Assembly: GCA_040388415.1 (NCBI GenBank)
Contig: JAZKBV010000004.1
Span: 24,069-88,068, forward strand
Length of the DNA stretch: 64,000 nt
Reading direction: 5' to 3'
Source of the DNA: Patescibacteria group bacterium
GTDB lineage: Bacteria; Patescibacteriota; Minisyncoccia; Phycocordibacterales; PALSA-1337
Below, piece by piece: positions 1-8,573 of this stretch. Under the pieces are notes generated by a model that made no database searches, was not told where the DNA came from, and was given only the letters and a program-made list of their open reading frames with translations. Positions within the stretch are counted from its first letter, which is position 1, and each line of letters begins with the position of its first letter. The translations under genes were made by a program, and so were the position numbers.

Positions 1-2158
1 CACGGTTGTGGGTAATGAGAATGAGTTGTGAATGCTTTGAAAGATTTTCGATCATATCGCCATATTTTTTACTATTGGCTTCATCGAGGGCGGCGTCGGT
101 CTCGTCAAGGATGATGAATGGAGGCGGATTGACCTGAGAGACAGCAAAGAGAAGCGCAATTGAAGTGAGAGCACGCTCGCCACCTGAAAGCATCATAAGA
201 CCTTTCACTTTCTTGCGAGGCAAACTAACGTTAACCTCGAGACCCTCTGGTCCTTCTTGTGATTCTTCATTCTCCATTCTTCCTTCTTCGTTTTCTACTC
301 CTTCCAGCATGTCACCCAACTCTTCAGTATCTCCTTTCTTCTTTCTCCTTACTTCTCTAATTACAGTAAGCTCTGCATTGCCTCCACCAAACATCAAAGA
401 AAAATAATTCGTAAACTCCTTATTTATCTTTAATATTCCCTGCTTGAACTCTACATCGATGCGTACATCGAGCTCAGCTATGAGCTTATTTAGTTCATCC
501 TTTGCCTTCTCAAGATCAATAAGCTCACGCGCAAGGAAAGCATCGCGCTCCTCAGTTTCTTTATACTCTTTCATCACTTCAGCGCCACCACCCGCACCCA
601 TGTCTTCGAGACGAATTTTCAGTTTATCTATCTGATGCTTGCGTTCTTGTTGCTCTTGTCTTTGCTCTTGCGTTCTTCCTTCTCCTTTCTCTTTACTTCT
701 TTCTTCTTCGTACTGCGTCGCCTCACGCCCTACGATCATTCCCGCTTCACCCAACTCTCTTTTGAATTCCGCATCGGCAAAATCTATCTTCTGAACCTCC
801 GCGGTCAAACTACCGACAATATGTCGTACCTCGTTTTGACGTGCGATAATCCTAAACACTTCTTTTTCAGCGTCGCGGTTCGTATCCTTCTCATGCTCGA
901 TCTTTTGCTTGAGCGCGTTATATTCGCTGACGATCTTCTTTTCAAAATCCCCCAGCTCAGCTCTCTTATGCTCAAAGCTTTTCTTCTCATCAGATAAACG
1001 CGCAATCTCCTTTTCCATCTCAGCGATGAACTGCGAATCATTGGTTGAACGATGACCTTTGATGAAATGCCTGAAGGCGTCGATGACTTCTTTTACTGTT
1101 TGAAAGAGCTCAACCTTACTGATGACTTCTTCAACATCTTTCAAATAGACAGTTTTAAACTCCTCCTGCTTCATTCTCCCTTCTTCTTTCTCCTTCGCGC
1201 GTTTATTGGCATTTATTTCGCCCTCTATACGGCCGAGTTCACGTACAACAGTATCAGTCTCGGTGCGCGTTTCAGCTAGCTTCTTTTCAAGTGAAATCAA
1301 TTCGTCACTGGTCACATCTTTGTTCTTTGACGCTGTTAATATCTCTTTAGCTTTGTTGAGCGCATGCTCAAGGTCAGACAGCTCTTTCTTTGGTCCAGCA
1401 ATCTCTGCATGTAAACGACTCTTTTCAGTGGTGATATAGTGGTCTTCATGAGCAAAATATATTTTATATATTGAAATAAGCTCACGGCGCATCTCTTCGG
1501 CTTTTTCAACTTTCTCAACTTGTTTCTTCAAAAAGCGCAGGTGCGGAGCGATCTCACGACGGAGCGACTCTACTTGCTTCATATTCTCTTCGGTGCGCTC
1601 GAGCTTGCGGATGCTTTCCAATTTCTTCCATTGATATATCTTGAGACCGAGAGCATCCTCGATCATTTCACGACGTTCGCGAATGCTTGCCGAGAGGATG
1701 CGGTCAGCTTCGCCCTGAGAGATGATGTGGTGACCAGTTGCGCCAACATGAGCAGTCGCCAGAAGCTCGATGATATCTTTGAGACGCACTGCGGTGCCAT
1801 TCAATAAATATTCATTGCTATTATCACGATGGACGATGCGTTCAATAGTCACTTCATCAAAATCAATCGATGCAAACATGCGGCTCGAATTATCAAATGT
1901 TAGTTTTGCGCTGGCACGATTTGCTCTGCCCGCAGCAGAAGGACCATCGCCGCCACCATTCCAGATCATATCCTCACCACGTTTGCCGCGAAGAGATTTG
2001 ATAGATTGCTCGCCGAGCACAAAACGAAATGCTTCAGCAGTGTTCGACTTGCCTGAACCGTTCGGACCTACGATACCCGTGATCGATGAGGTGAAATTGA
2101 GCGTTGCCTTTTTGGCAAATGATTTAAAGCCAGATACTTCGAGGGATTTCAGATACAT
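1..2158 (-). CDS. smc: Chromosome segregation protein SMC (C-terminal end runs off the window start)
   Basis: The reverse complement from 2158 reads MYLKSLEVSGFKSFAKKATLNFTSSITGIVGPNGSGKSN (Walker A). Near position 1 it reads LSGGERALTSIALLFA...PFIILDETDAALDE (ABC signature and Walker B). It is not in the ORF track because no stop codon lies in the window. The + strand ORFs at 165-1807 are low-complexity antisense artefacts. Confidence 0.85.
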   Translation of the reverse strand, partial: MYLKSLEVSGFKSFAKKATLNFTSSITGIVGPNGSGKSNTAEAFRFVLGEQSIKSLRGKRGEDMIWNGGGDGPSAAGRANRASAKLTFDNSSRMFASIDFDEVTIERIVHRDNSNEYLLNGTAVRLKDIIELLATAHVGATGHHIISQGEADRILSASIRERREMIEDALGLKIYQWKKLESIRKLERTEENMKQVESLRREIAPHLRFLKKQVEKVEKAEEMRRELISIYKIYFAHEDHYITTEKSRLHAEIAGPKKELSDLEHALNKAKEILTASKNKDVTSDELISLEKKLAETRTETDTVVRELGRIEGEINANKRAKEKEEGRMKQEEFKTVYLKDVEEVISKVELFQTVKEVIDAFRHFIKGHRSTNDSQFIAEMEKEIARLSDEKKSFEHKRAELGDFEKKIVSEYNALKQKIEHEKDTNRDAEKEVFRIIARQNEVRHIVGSLTAEVQKIDFADAEFKRELGEAGMIVGREATQYEEERSKEKGEGRTQEQRQEQQERKHQIDKLKIRLEDMGAGGGAEVMKEYKETEERDAFLARELIDLEKAKDELNKLIAELDVRIDVEFKQGILKINKEFTNYFSLMFGGGNAELTVIREVRRKKKGDTEELGDMLEGVENEEGRMENEESQEGPEGLEVNVSLPRKKVKGLMMLSGGERALTSIALLFAVSQVNPPPFIILDETDAALDEANSKKYGDMIENLSKHSQLILITHNR

Positions 2159-2532
2159 GGCTGATATTTTAGCATAAAAAAGTCCCTCCAGACCAAAAAG
2201 GTGTGGAGGGGTGAAAGAGGCACTGCTATGCAGATAGTGGAAATGGAAAGCGTAGCTGACTCTCCTTGTGTTGATTGAATCCGAGACAAGTCCTTAGATG
2301 CTCAGAATACTTGATCACCGGAAAATCTGACTCACACAACCCGCACGTTTGCATGAGGGCTGTAATATCTACTGCCTTCATTTGAAGAATTGCACTCGAG
2401 GTGCTTGCGACCAGGACACTGTTCGACCCGCCACTTCTACCGAAGTCGAGATGTAATTCGTGCATATAAAAACTAAAGTTCAGAAAGTTCGTAACTATTG
2501 TAACATAGTCAGTGATTTAGCCGCTCTTCAAT

Positions 2533-3249
2533 TTACCACTTCTTAACCACCAAAGCGTTTTCAGCCGCCTTCTGCTCCGCCTCCTGCTTTGACTTCCCTT
2601 CCCCTGTCGCAACCTGCACATCACCGAGAAATACGGCAAGCGTGAACTTCTTGTCATGATCAGGACCTGTTTCTTTGAGCGTCTTATATGATGGCGTGAC
2701 TCCCGCTTTCTCCTGCGCTTTTTCTTGAAACATGCTCTTTGCATCGATCCATGTCTTGTTCTTCACAATCTCATCGATGTCGATAATATTTAAAATATGT
2801 TCAGAAATAAAATTCGCAGATGTATCATAGCCACTATCCATATAAATAGCACCGATAACTGCTTCAACTGCATTGGCGAGGATGATAGCGCGCGCACGAC
2901 CAGTATCCTTTGCCTCACCTTTTGAAAGGAGCATATAGTCGTTGAGACCAACCTTGTCACCAACTTTTGCCAAACTAACCGTATTCACAATGGCTGAACG
3001 AAAGGCGGTGAGCTCTCCCTCAGCCTTCTTTGGAAATTTACGGAAAAGAAAACTGGTCACTACAAGCTCGAGCACGGCATCACCGAGAAATTCGAGGCGC
3101 TCATTGTGCTCCAAACCAGATTCGCGATTCTCATTGATATATGAGCGATGCGTACATGCGGTGCGCAAAAGAGCCATGTCATTGAACGTGACATTGATAT
3201 GCTCTGCCAAATTTTCGAAGTTTATTTTCATAAAAATACGCCTGCCCAA
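2533..3249 (-). CDS. rnc: Ribonuclease III
   Basis: ERLEFLGDAVLELVV signature and a C-terminal dsRBD (GEGKSKQEAEQKAAENAL). The start may be the internal MKINFEN at 3231. Confidence 0.9.
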   Translation of the reverse strand: MGRRIFMKINFENLAEHINVTFNDMALLRTACTHRSYINENRESGLEHNERLEFLGDAVLELVVTSFLFRKFPKKAEGELTAFRSAIVNTVSLAKVGDKVGLNDYMLLSKGEAKDTGRARAIILANAVEAVIGAIYMDSGYDTSANFISEHILNIIDIDEIVKNKTWIDAKSMFQEKAQEKAGVTPSYKTLKETGPDHDKKFTLAVFLGDVQVATGEGKSKQEAEQKAAENALVVKKW

Positions 3250-3250
3250 C

Positions 3251-4150
3251 TTATTTCTCCTCGCTCACAATCGTCACCGCTTTTGCTACTATAGGTAAAA
3301 TATCGTTATAGAAGTTAAGTTCAAGGATAGCGTCGAGCTTGAACCATTTTGCATCAGCGAGTCCCGGTTTCTTAGCGAGAGTGAGCGTCTTGAAATCAGA
3401 CTCGGCGAGATAGTAGTGCACTTGCTTGCGGATCTTGCCGATCTCGGGATCATTGGCGATATATTCATTTTCACCGAGGTCAGCGATGATCTTTACTTCA
3501 AGACCGATCTCTTCCATCACTTTGTTGATAGTACCCTGCTTCGGATCAACTTCCGGTGGAATCTTGCCCTTTGAGAGGGTCCAGTGGCCGAAGACATCAT
3601 AGACGAAGGCCATATAGACATCTGCGCCGTCACGAGCATATACCACTGCACCACCTAAGTGTTGGATTGGCATTTGCTCATAAGGGACTTCAACCTTCTT
3701 TTTCTTTATCGGCTGGGCATCCTTTCCTGGCTCACCGAGCTCTTTGTAAACTGCACCGAGAACGCCGTTGACGAAACGACCGCTTGTCTCACCGCCAAAG
3801 GTCTTTGCAAGCTCGATGGCTTCATTGATAGCTACTTTCGCAGGCACTTCAACGCGATCAGCAAAGAGAAGCTCATAAAGACCGAGACGGAGCACGTTAC
3901 GGTCTATCGGTGAGATCTTGTCGATAGGCCACTCAGGCGCTGCCTTTGAGATGATGTCATCGAGCTCACTATGTTTAGCGAGGATACCCTTCATAAGCTC
4001 ATCCATGAATGAAACATCGGCTACCCCGGGAGCGAACTCTTTTGCATCGCGCTCTATGATAACAGATGAGGTTGCATCTTTTTTGCCACAAAAATCCCAC
4101 TCAAAAAGTGCCTGGAGGACAACTGAGCGAGATAAATGTCTATTTGCCAT
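3251..4150 (-). CDS. nusB: NusB-family antitermination domain fused to a C-terminal Nudix-like domain (degenerate Nudix box)
   Basis: The N-terminus has RSVVLQALFEWDF...DRNVLRLGLYEL...VPAKVAINEAIELAKTFGGETSGRFVNGVLG, which is typical NusB. The C-terminal 150 aa reads GAVVYARDG...GHWTLSKGKIPPEVDPKQGTINKVMEEIGLEV, matching Gx5Ex7REUxEExGU only at the EExGU positions. Confidence 0.75.
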   Translation of the reverse strand: MANRHLSRSVVLQALFEWDFCGKKDATSSVIIERDAKEFAPGVADVSFMDELMKGILAKHSELDDIISKAAPEWPIDKISPIDRNVLRLGLYELLFADRVEVPAKVAINEAIELAKTFGGETSGRFVNGVLGAVYKELGEPGKDAQPIKKKKVEVPYEQMPIQHLGGAVVYARDGADVYMAFVYDVFGHWTLSKGKIPPEVDPKQGTINKVMEEIGLEVKIIADLGENEYIANDPEIGKIRKQVHYYLAESDFKTLTLAKKPGLADAKWFKLDAILELNFYNDILPIVAKAVTIVSEEK

Positions 4151-4264
4151 GAGTTTATTTGAAGAACATTGTTACGATAACCTGATTATAAAATTCCAAA
4201 TTCCAAATATCAATCACCAAACGAGCACATACCCTTTGGAACTTGTATCTTGGAGCTTGGAACT

Positions 4265-4483
4265 TTACTTAGCTGCCTTTGCAACCTTTGCCGCCTTCTT
4301 GGTAGCAGCGATAGTAAGATCAAGGACCTTACGGCCATTGTACCATCCACAGTTCATACAGACTGCATGACTCTTGTGAGCGGCCTTACAATTTTGGCAA
4401 ACAGAAGTACGTGCAGCATCGAGAGCATGATGTGAACGTCTATTGTCGCGATGAGCTCGCGTTGCGCGCATTCGGTTTACCAT
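4265..4483 (-). CDS. rpmF: 50S ribosomal protein L32
   Basis: RRSHHAL...C.NC...H..C.NCG.YNGRKV zinc-ribbon pattern. Confidence 0.85.
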   Translation of the reverse strand: MVNRMRATRAHRDNRRSHHALDAARTSVCQNCKAAHKSHAVCMNCGWYNGRKVLDLTIAATKKAAKVAKAAK

Positions 4484-4650
4484 GTGGAACAGTATTACAT
4501 ACCATCAAAAAAAACTCAAGTGATTTGTCTAATTAATGAAAACCTGTTATGTTATTACCTGAGTAAGTTATGTGAAATCTGGTCAAAAACTTTTCTGCCG
4601 CATACGCAGCATAAAAGTCTTTTGATCCGAATTTCGCAAAACCGAAATTC

Positions 4651-4723
4651 GCGCCCATAGCTCAGCTGGTAGAGCAGATCCCTCTTAAGGATAAGGTCGT
4701 AGGTTCGATCCCTACTGGGCGCA
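4651..4723 (+). tRNA. tRNA-Lys (anticodon CTT)
   Basis: Cloverleaf folded by hand. The acceptor GCGCCCA pairs with TGGGCGC. The anticodon loop is CTCTTAA and the T-loop is GGTTCGATCC. Confidence 0.85.
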
Positions 4724-4870
4724 CAAACCGAGGGCACGCAGGTTTGTGCGAGCCGCAGGCCTGACGAGGCCGAGGCGGGGTCGCGAGATTTTCTAGCAAG
4801 AAAATACTCGTGACCACAAACATCGTGATAAGATGTGAAAATCAAAGTATAATAACAATACAAATAATTT

Positions 4871-4952
4871 GCCGGGGTGGCGAAATTGGTAGACGCACGT
4901 GGCTTAGGACCACGCGGAGCAATCCTTGGAGGTTCGAGTCCTCTCCCCGGCA
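4871..4952 (+). tRNA. tRNA-Leu (anticodon TAG)
   Basis: The acceptor GCCGGGG pairs with CCCCGGC. The D-loop is AAATTGGTAGA, the anticodon loop is CTTAGGA, and there is a long variable arm. Confidence 0.85.
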
Positions 4953-5127
4953 CAATAACGCTATTTTAAGCCCTACATTGCTATATATAGTACCTATTGA
5001 CTTTTAGTGTAATATGTAGTAAGATTATACCAGCGTGCATTCGGAGGTTTTAACCTCAAGAGCACATTGAAAACCACATTAACCCCTTCCGTGAATTTCA
5101 CGGAAACAACACAAGGAGAGACGGATT

Positions 5128-6528
5128 ATGAGTACGAGCAACCCAAGCGACCCCAAGATGGGTCAGGTCACTAAACTGACCTTCAATCGCAAAAACGGTA
5201 ACTTCAGCTACAAGATCCCTGGCACCGGTGCCCGAAACGGCATCCAGTTCTATATCACGCCGACTGGCAACATCAAAGATGCCGTGCTCAGTATGGGCAT
5301 CTCTGGCGATCTTATCAAAATCGCCGCGAAGAACGGTAGCCTCACGCACAACTTGTCAGACTTCGGCCTTGTGTCGGAAAAGACTGTTGTGCGGGCGGGA
5401 GATTACTACCTTGTCCCGATCACCGTAGCGCACAGCACTTCTGGTCAGTCGCCGAGTGACCCGTTCTCGAAACCGGTCACACTCAGTCAAACGTTGGTGA
5501 ACGCTCTCGATGTCGTCTGGATCAAGAACAAGATCAACGTCCTGGAGTTGAATATCAATAAATTGAAAAAGGACGTTAACGGGATTCCGACTGATGCGCA
5601 CATCAAAGACCTCGCGAAAATCGAGGCGGCGACTGCATTCAGCGGCTATCAGGCTGAACTCAATGAACTTCGGGAGCTGCTCGACAAAAAGCAGCCCAAG
5701 GTCATCGTCAAGCGCACCGTCGCTTTGAACCTCGGAATGATCCTGATGAAAGCGCTCAGCAAGTGGACGGAGGCACGGAAGAAGAAAGCTCAAGCGAAAG
5801 CTGCGGCTACCCCTTCTTCTCCTGCCAAACCGGCTCTGAGCCCTCACCGCGCCCAGAAGCATGCGAACTATCGTCTGCGCTGGGCGTTGGCGGGAATCGC
5901 ATTCCTCATCCTCTGTCTCTCTGCGTTGGGGTATTACTTGAACCAAAAGTCCGGTCACCAAGGGGTCACTCCTTTGGCATCGGCTTTGGTCAACACCAAT
6001 GCGGGTGCAAGCAGTAACGCGCCGGCGAGCAGTGTGGCGACGATTGTCACCACGAACAGCCTCGGAACGAATGCGAACTCAGCTGTTTTGACTGCTGCTG
6101 CGACAAATAGCGCTTCAGTCATTCAGCAGATGGTCGTCGGACCTAATTGCAGTAACGTAAGCGGGCCAGTCAACATGAACTTTAGTCTGTTGTCTGTTCC
6201 CCCGCAACCAATCGTTGTGAAAACAATTGTGAAAACAACGGTCATCGTTACGAATCCGGTCGCTGTGAAAAAACCGTTCACGCCAGCCGTAGGGTATCAA
6301 CCGCCCGTGGCACAAAAAACCTTTGTGCCTGCGCAAGCGGTAACGCCCCCACAGGCCTCGGTGATCATCATCAACAATCAGACTGTCAACCGAGGAGGTT
6401 ATGGTCCTGGCACGGTATTGATAAGCGGCTGGCAGTATGACAATCAGCTCAGAGGCGGGAGACAAGTTTGCTACCGGGACAACTACCGGGCAATACGATC
6501 CTTCCCTCCGCCGTGTCGCCATCAATAA
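5128..6528 (+). CDS. Hypothetical protein with a central TM helix and a C-terminal low-complexity V/T/P-rich region, in a higher-GC segment
   Basis: A 466-aa ORF with an AAGGAGAG RBS 8 nt upstream. One TM segment reads WALAGIAFLILCLSALGYYL. Local GC is about 50-55% against about 43% in the core. An intrinsic terminator follows at 6551-6583. Confidence 0.6.
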   Translation: MSTSNPSDPKMGQVTKLTFNRKNGNFSYKIPGTGARNGIQFYITPTGNIKDAVLSMGISGDLIKIAAKNGSLTHNLSDFGLVSEKTVVRAGDYYLVPITVAHSTSGQSPSDPFSKPVTLSQTLVNALDVVWIKNKINVLELNINKLKKDVNGIPTDAHIKDLAKIEAATAFSGYQAELNELRELLDKKQPKVIVKRTVALNLGMILMKALSKWTEARKKKAQAKAAATPSSPAKPALSPHRAQKHANYRLRWALAGIAFLILCLSALGYYLNQKSGHQGVTPLASALVNTNAGASSNAPASSVATIVTTNSLGTNANSAVLTAAATNSASVIQQMVVGPNCSNVSGPVNMNFSLLSVPPQPIVVKTIVKTTVIVTNPVAVKKPFTPAVGYQPPVAQKTFVPAQAVTPPQASVIIINNQTVNRGGYGPGTVLISGWQYDNQLRGGRQVCYRDNYRAIRSFPPPCRHQ

Positions 6529-6550
6529 ATTCGACGCGGAACAAAATCAC

Positions 6551-6583
6551 AAAACCCACAGACTTAATCTGTGGGTTTTTTTT
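6551..6583 (+). terminator. Rho-independent terminator
   Basis: AACCCACAGA cttaa TCTGTGGGTT followed by TTTTTT. Confidence 0.8.
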
Positions 6584-6612
6584 CATATCTGTATTTTTCG
6601 TATGTGCCTACC

Positions 6613-6903
6613 CTATCTACCAGCGATCGTATTTGAAATGAAATAGACAATGCCCCATGCAGATACCATGATCATGATGCCAACGACGCCGGCCAACATA
6701 TGATTGCGTCCTTTCGTGCGCGCGTCGCCATCTTCACCGTTAATCATCATCTGTATGACGCCCCATACAAAAACTATGATGGCAACCGCGAACATGAGCA
6801 TGATCAGTGGATTGACTATGTGCGTGAATATAGGATCAACCACAGAGGCAAAAGCCGCTGTGGGATCCGCTGCTGCATGTACTGTATCGATGAGATAGCT
6901 CAT
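6613..6903 (-). CDS. Pilin-like small membrane protein (TrbC/VirB2-like topology), paralog 1, lacking an N-terminal signal peptide
   Basis: Two hydrophobic helices are separated by a charged loop (NGEDGDARTKGRN). The C-terminal motif SAWGIVYFISNTIAG is shared with four upstream paralogs. Confidence 0.4.
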   Translation of the reverse strand: MSYLIDTVHAAADPTAAFASVVDPIFTHIVNPLIMLMFAVAIIVFVWGVIQMMINGEDGDARTKGRNHMLAGVVGIMIMVSAWGIVYFISNTIAGR

Positions 6904-6908
6904 TCTCT

Positions 6909-7268
6909 TTACGGAATCTGAGGAGGATAGTTCAACTGTGGGAAGTTCTGCGTAGGAGCGTTCGTGTTTGTTCTGAACGTATTTGAGAGAATATTAACGA
7001 GACCCCAGATCGAAAGGATAACAAAGAGACCGACGATGCCCCAGAGCACAGCCATACCAATCGACTTGCGCTTTTCTGGATCCTCAGCGGCCATGATATA
7101 ACGAACAACATTGAAGATGATATAGAGAACCGCAAAAGCGATAAGAATCTCAATAGCGACGTTACCGAGGTTCGTCAGTTTGTTGGTAAGAGAGTTGACG
7201 TCCGTAATAGCCTGAGCGCTCACGATAGCTGGAGCAAAAACGGCGACAAGTGCGATGATTTTTTTCAT
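6909..7268 (-). CDS. Pilin-like secreted/membrane protein (TrbC/VirB2-like), paralog 2
   Basis: Signal peptide MKKIIALVAVFAPAIVSAQA. Two TM helices with loop AAEDPEKRKS. C-terminal motif LSIWGLVNILSNTF. Confidence 0.5.
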   Translation of the reverse strand: MKKIIALVAVFAPAIVSAQAITDVNSLTNKLTNLGNVAIEILIAFAVLYIIFNVVRYIMAAEDPEKRKSIGMAVLWGIVGLFVILSIWGLVNILSNTFRTNTNAPTQNFPQLNYPPQIP

Positions 7269-7377
7269 TTTCTTATAAACTAAATTGGATAATAAAATCT
7301 AATACGATACCTCTAGTATACCCCACATTATTCGCGAGGAGCAACATAACGTGTGGATTAGTCGGTGATGTATTTCA

Positions 7378-7818
7378 CTAGCGTGGGAAGATGTTCGAGA
7401 TCTCTGTCCATGACCCAGGCCCGTAACCTGTATTGCCGAGACCAAATGTATTTTGAAGGATATTGACCAAACCCCACATCGAAAGGATGACGAAGAAGCC
7501 GATGACGCTGTACATGACATATGAACCAGCCTCTTTCTTATCGGCATCAGGCTTAATGAAATAGTTGAATATGTAGTAGACGAATACGACTACCGAAAGA
7601 CCGATCAATAAAAAGAGGATCTGGTTCAAATAACCGATAACACGGTTGATAAGTGTACAAAGCGTCATGGCATTTGAAGTACACTGACTACCCGATGAGG
7701 CGTAATTTCCATATGAGGCGTTACCACCAATGTTGAAAGTAACCGGCGATGTTGCATATGTAGCTATTGGGCTCACGAGCAGAACAAAAGCAAAAAGAGA
7801 AATAAGTGTTTTTTTCAT
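7378..7818 (-). CDS. Pilin-like secreted/membrane protein, paralog 3
   Basis: Start taken at MKKTLISLF (7818), which abuts the stop of paralog 4. Signal peptide present. Two TM helices with loop KPDADKKEAGS. C-terminal motif LSMWGLVNILQNTFG. Confidence 0.5.
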   Translation of the reverse strand: MKKTLISLFAFVLLVSPIATYATSPVTFNIGGNASYGNYASSGSQCTSNAMTLCTLINRVIGYLNQILFLLIGLSVVVFVYYIFNYFIKPDADKKEAGSYVMYSVIGFFVILSMWGLVNILQNTFGLGNTGYGPGSWTEISNIFPR

Positions 7819-7828
7819 AAAATAATAA

Positions 7829-8539
7829 TTACTGGTTATTAATAGCATTCTGCGCATTTTGAATGATCGCTGGATTGACTGTGCCAGTCGCCTGGAGCGT
7901 ATTGATGACGACGCTGATCAATATGCGCGCACCAAGGATGACACCGATGCCAACAACAACCCAGAGGAGCTGGTTGCTGCGGGTCTTAATCGCTTCCGGA
8001 TTTCCCTGCGCCAATACGAACTGGAGACCGACCCACATGAGCATGAGCACACCAAAAATCACTGCGATGTAGCTGACGATCTTCATAAAGGTCAAAATAA
8101 GATCGCTCACCGAATTGACTCCCTTAAGCGGATTGGAGAGTGTCGTCACTGGTGCAGGCGCAGGAGCTTGATCAGAAGCACTCGGTGTTTTTGCTGTAGA
8201 CGTGCGAGCTGCTGGCTGACCGGCAGTCGTTGGAGAACTAACTGTCGTTGGAGATGTAGCGTTATCAACTGCATTTACATTTGATCCTGAATACGGCACT
8301 GGAATAGTCGAGGGAGATGAATCATATGTTGTATCATACGAATTATAATCATAGCTCGAATCAGTGGATGGGTCTGTTGCTGATGGGTCTGTCGAATCTG
8401 CACCGGCACAGCTTTCTGGCGTACCTCCTTCGTTCAAACAATAATCATAATCGCTATTTTGTGCATAGCTGACGAATGGGCTCGCGATAATAACCGCTAA
8501 AGTAAGATATGTGACGTAGATTTTTAGAGTTGTTTTCAT
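7829..8539 (-). CDS. Pilin-like secreted/membrane protein with a long S/T/P/D-rich insert, paralog 4
   Basis: Signal peptide MKTTLKIYVTYLTLAVIIASPFVSYAQ. An approximately 110-aa low-complexity S/T/P/D-rich region. The C-terminal two-TM core ends in ARILISVVINTLQATG. Confidence 0.5.
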   Translation of the reverse strand: MKTTLKIYVTYLTLAVIIASPFVSYAQNSDYDYCLNEGGTPESCAGADSTDPSATDPSTDSSYDYNSYDTTYDSSPSTIPVPYSGSNVNAVDNATSPTTVSSPTTAGQPAARTSTAKTPSASDQAPAPAPVTTLSNPLKGVNSVSDLILTFMKIVSYIAVIFGVLMLMWVGLQFVLAQGNPEAIKTRSNQLLWVVVGIGVILGARILISVVINTLQATGTVNPAIIQNAQNAINNQ

Positions 8540-8573
8540 GAAAAAAAGATCAAATTAATAATTGAGTCAGTAA

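Noticed and set aside
165-2177. Several + strand ORFs (165-407, 444-635, 635-997, 1052-1279, 1206-1439, 1520-1807, 1770-2177) with low-complexity S/L/F-rich translations
   Set aside because: They are antisense to a clearly recognisable SMC reading frame (Walker A, signature motif, Walker B read directly). The compositions are typical of reverse-frame artefacts.
4555-4953. 132-aa minus-strand ORF spanning the tRNA-Lys/tRNA-Leu region
   Set aside because: It overlaps two well-folded tRNA genes antisense. The translation is rich in R/P/C, reflecting tRNA GC content, so it is not a plausible protein.
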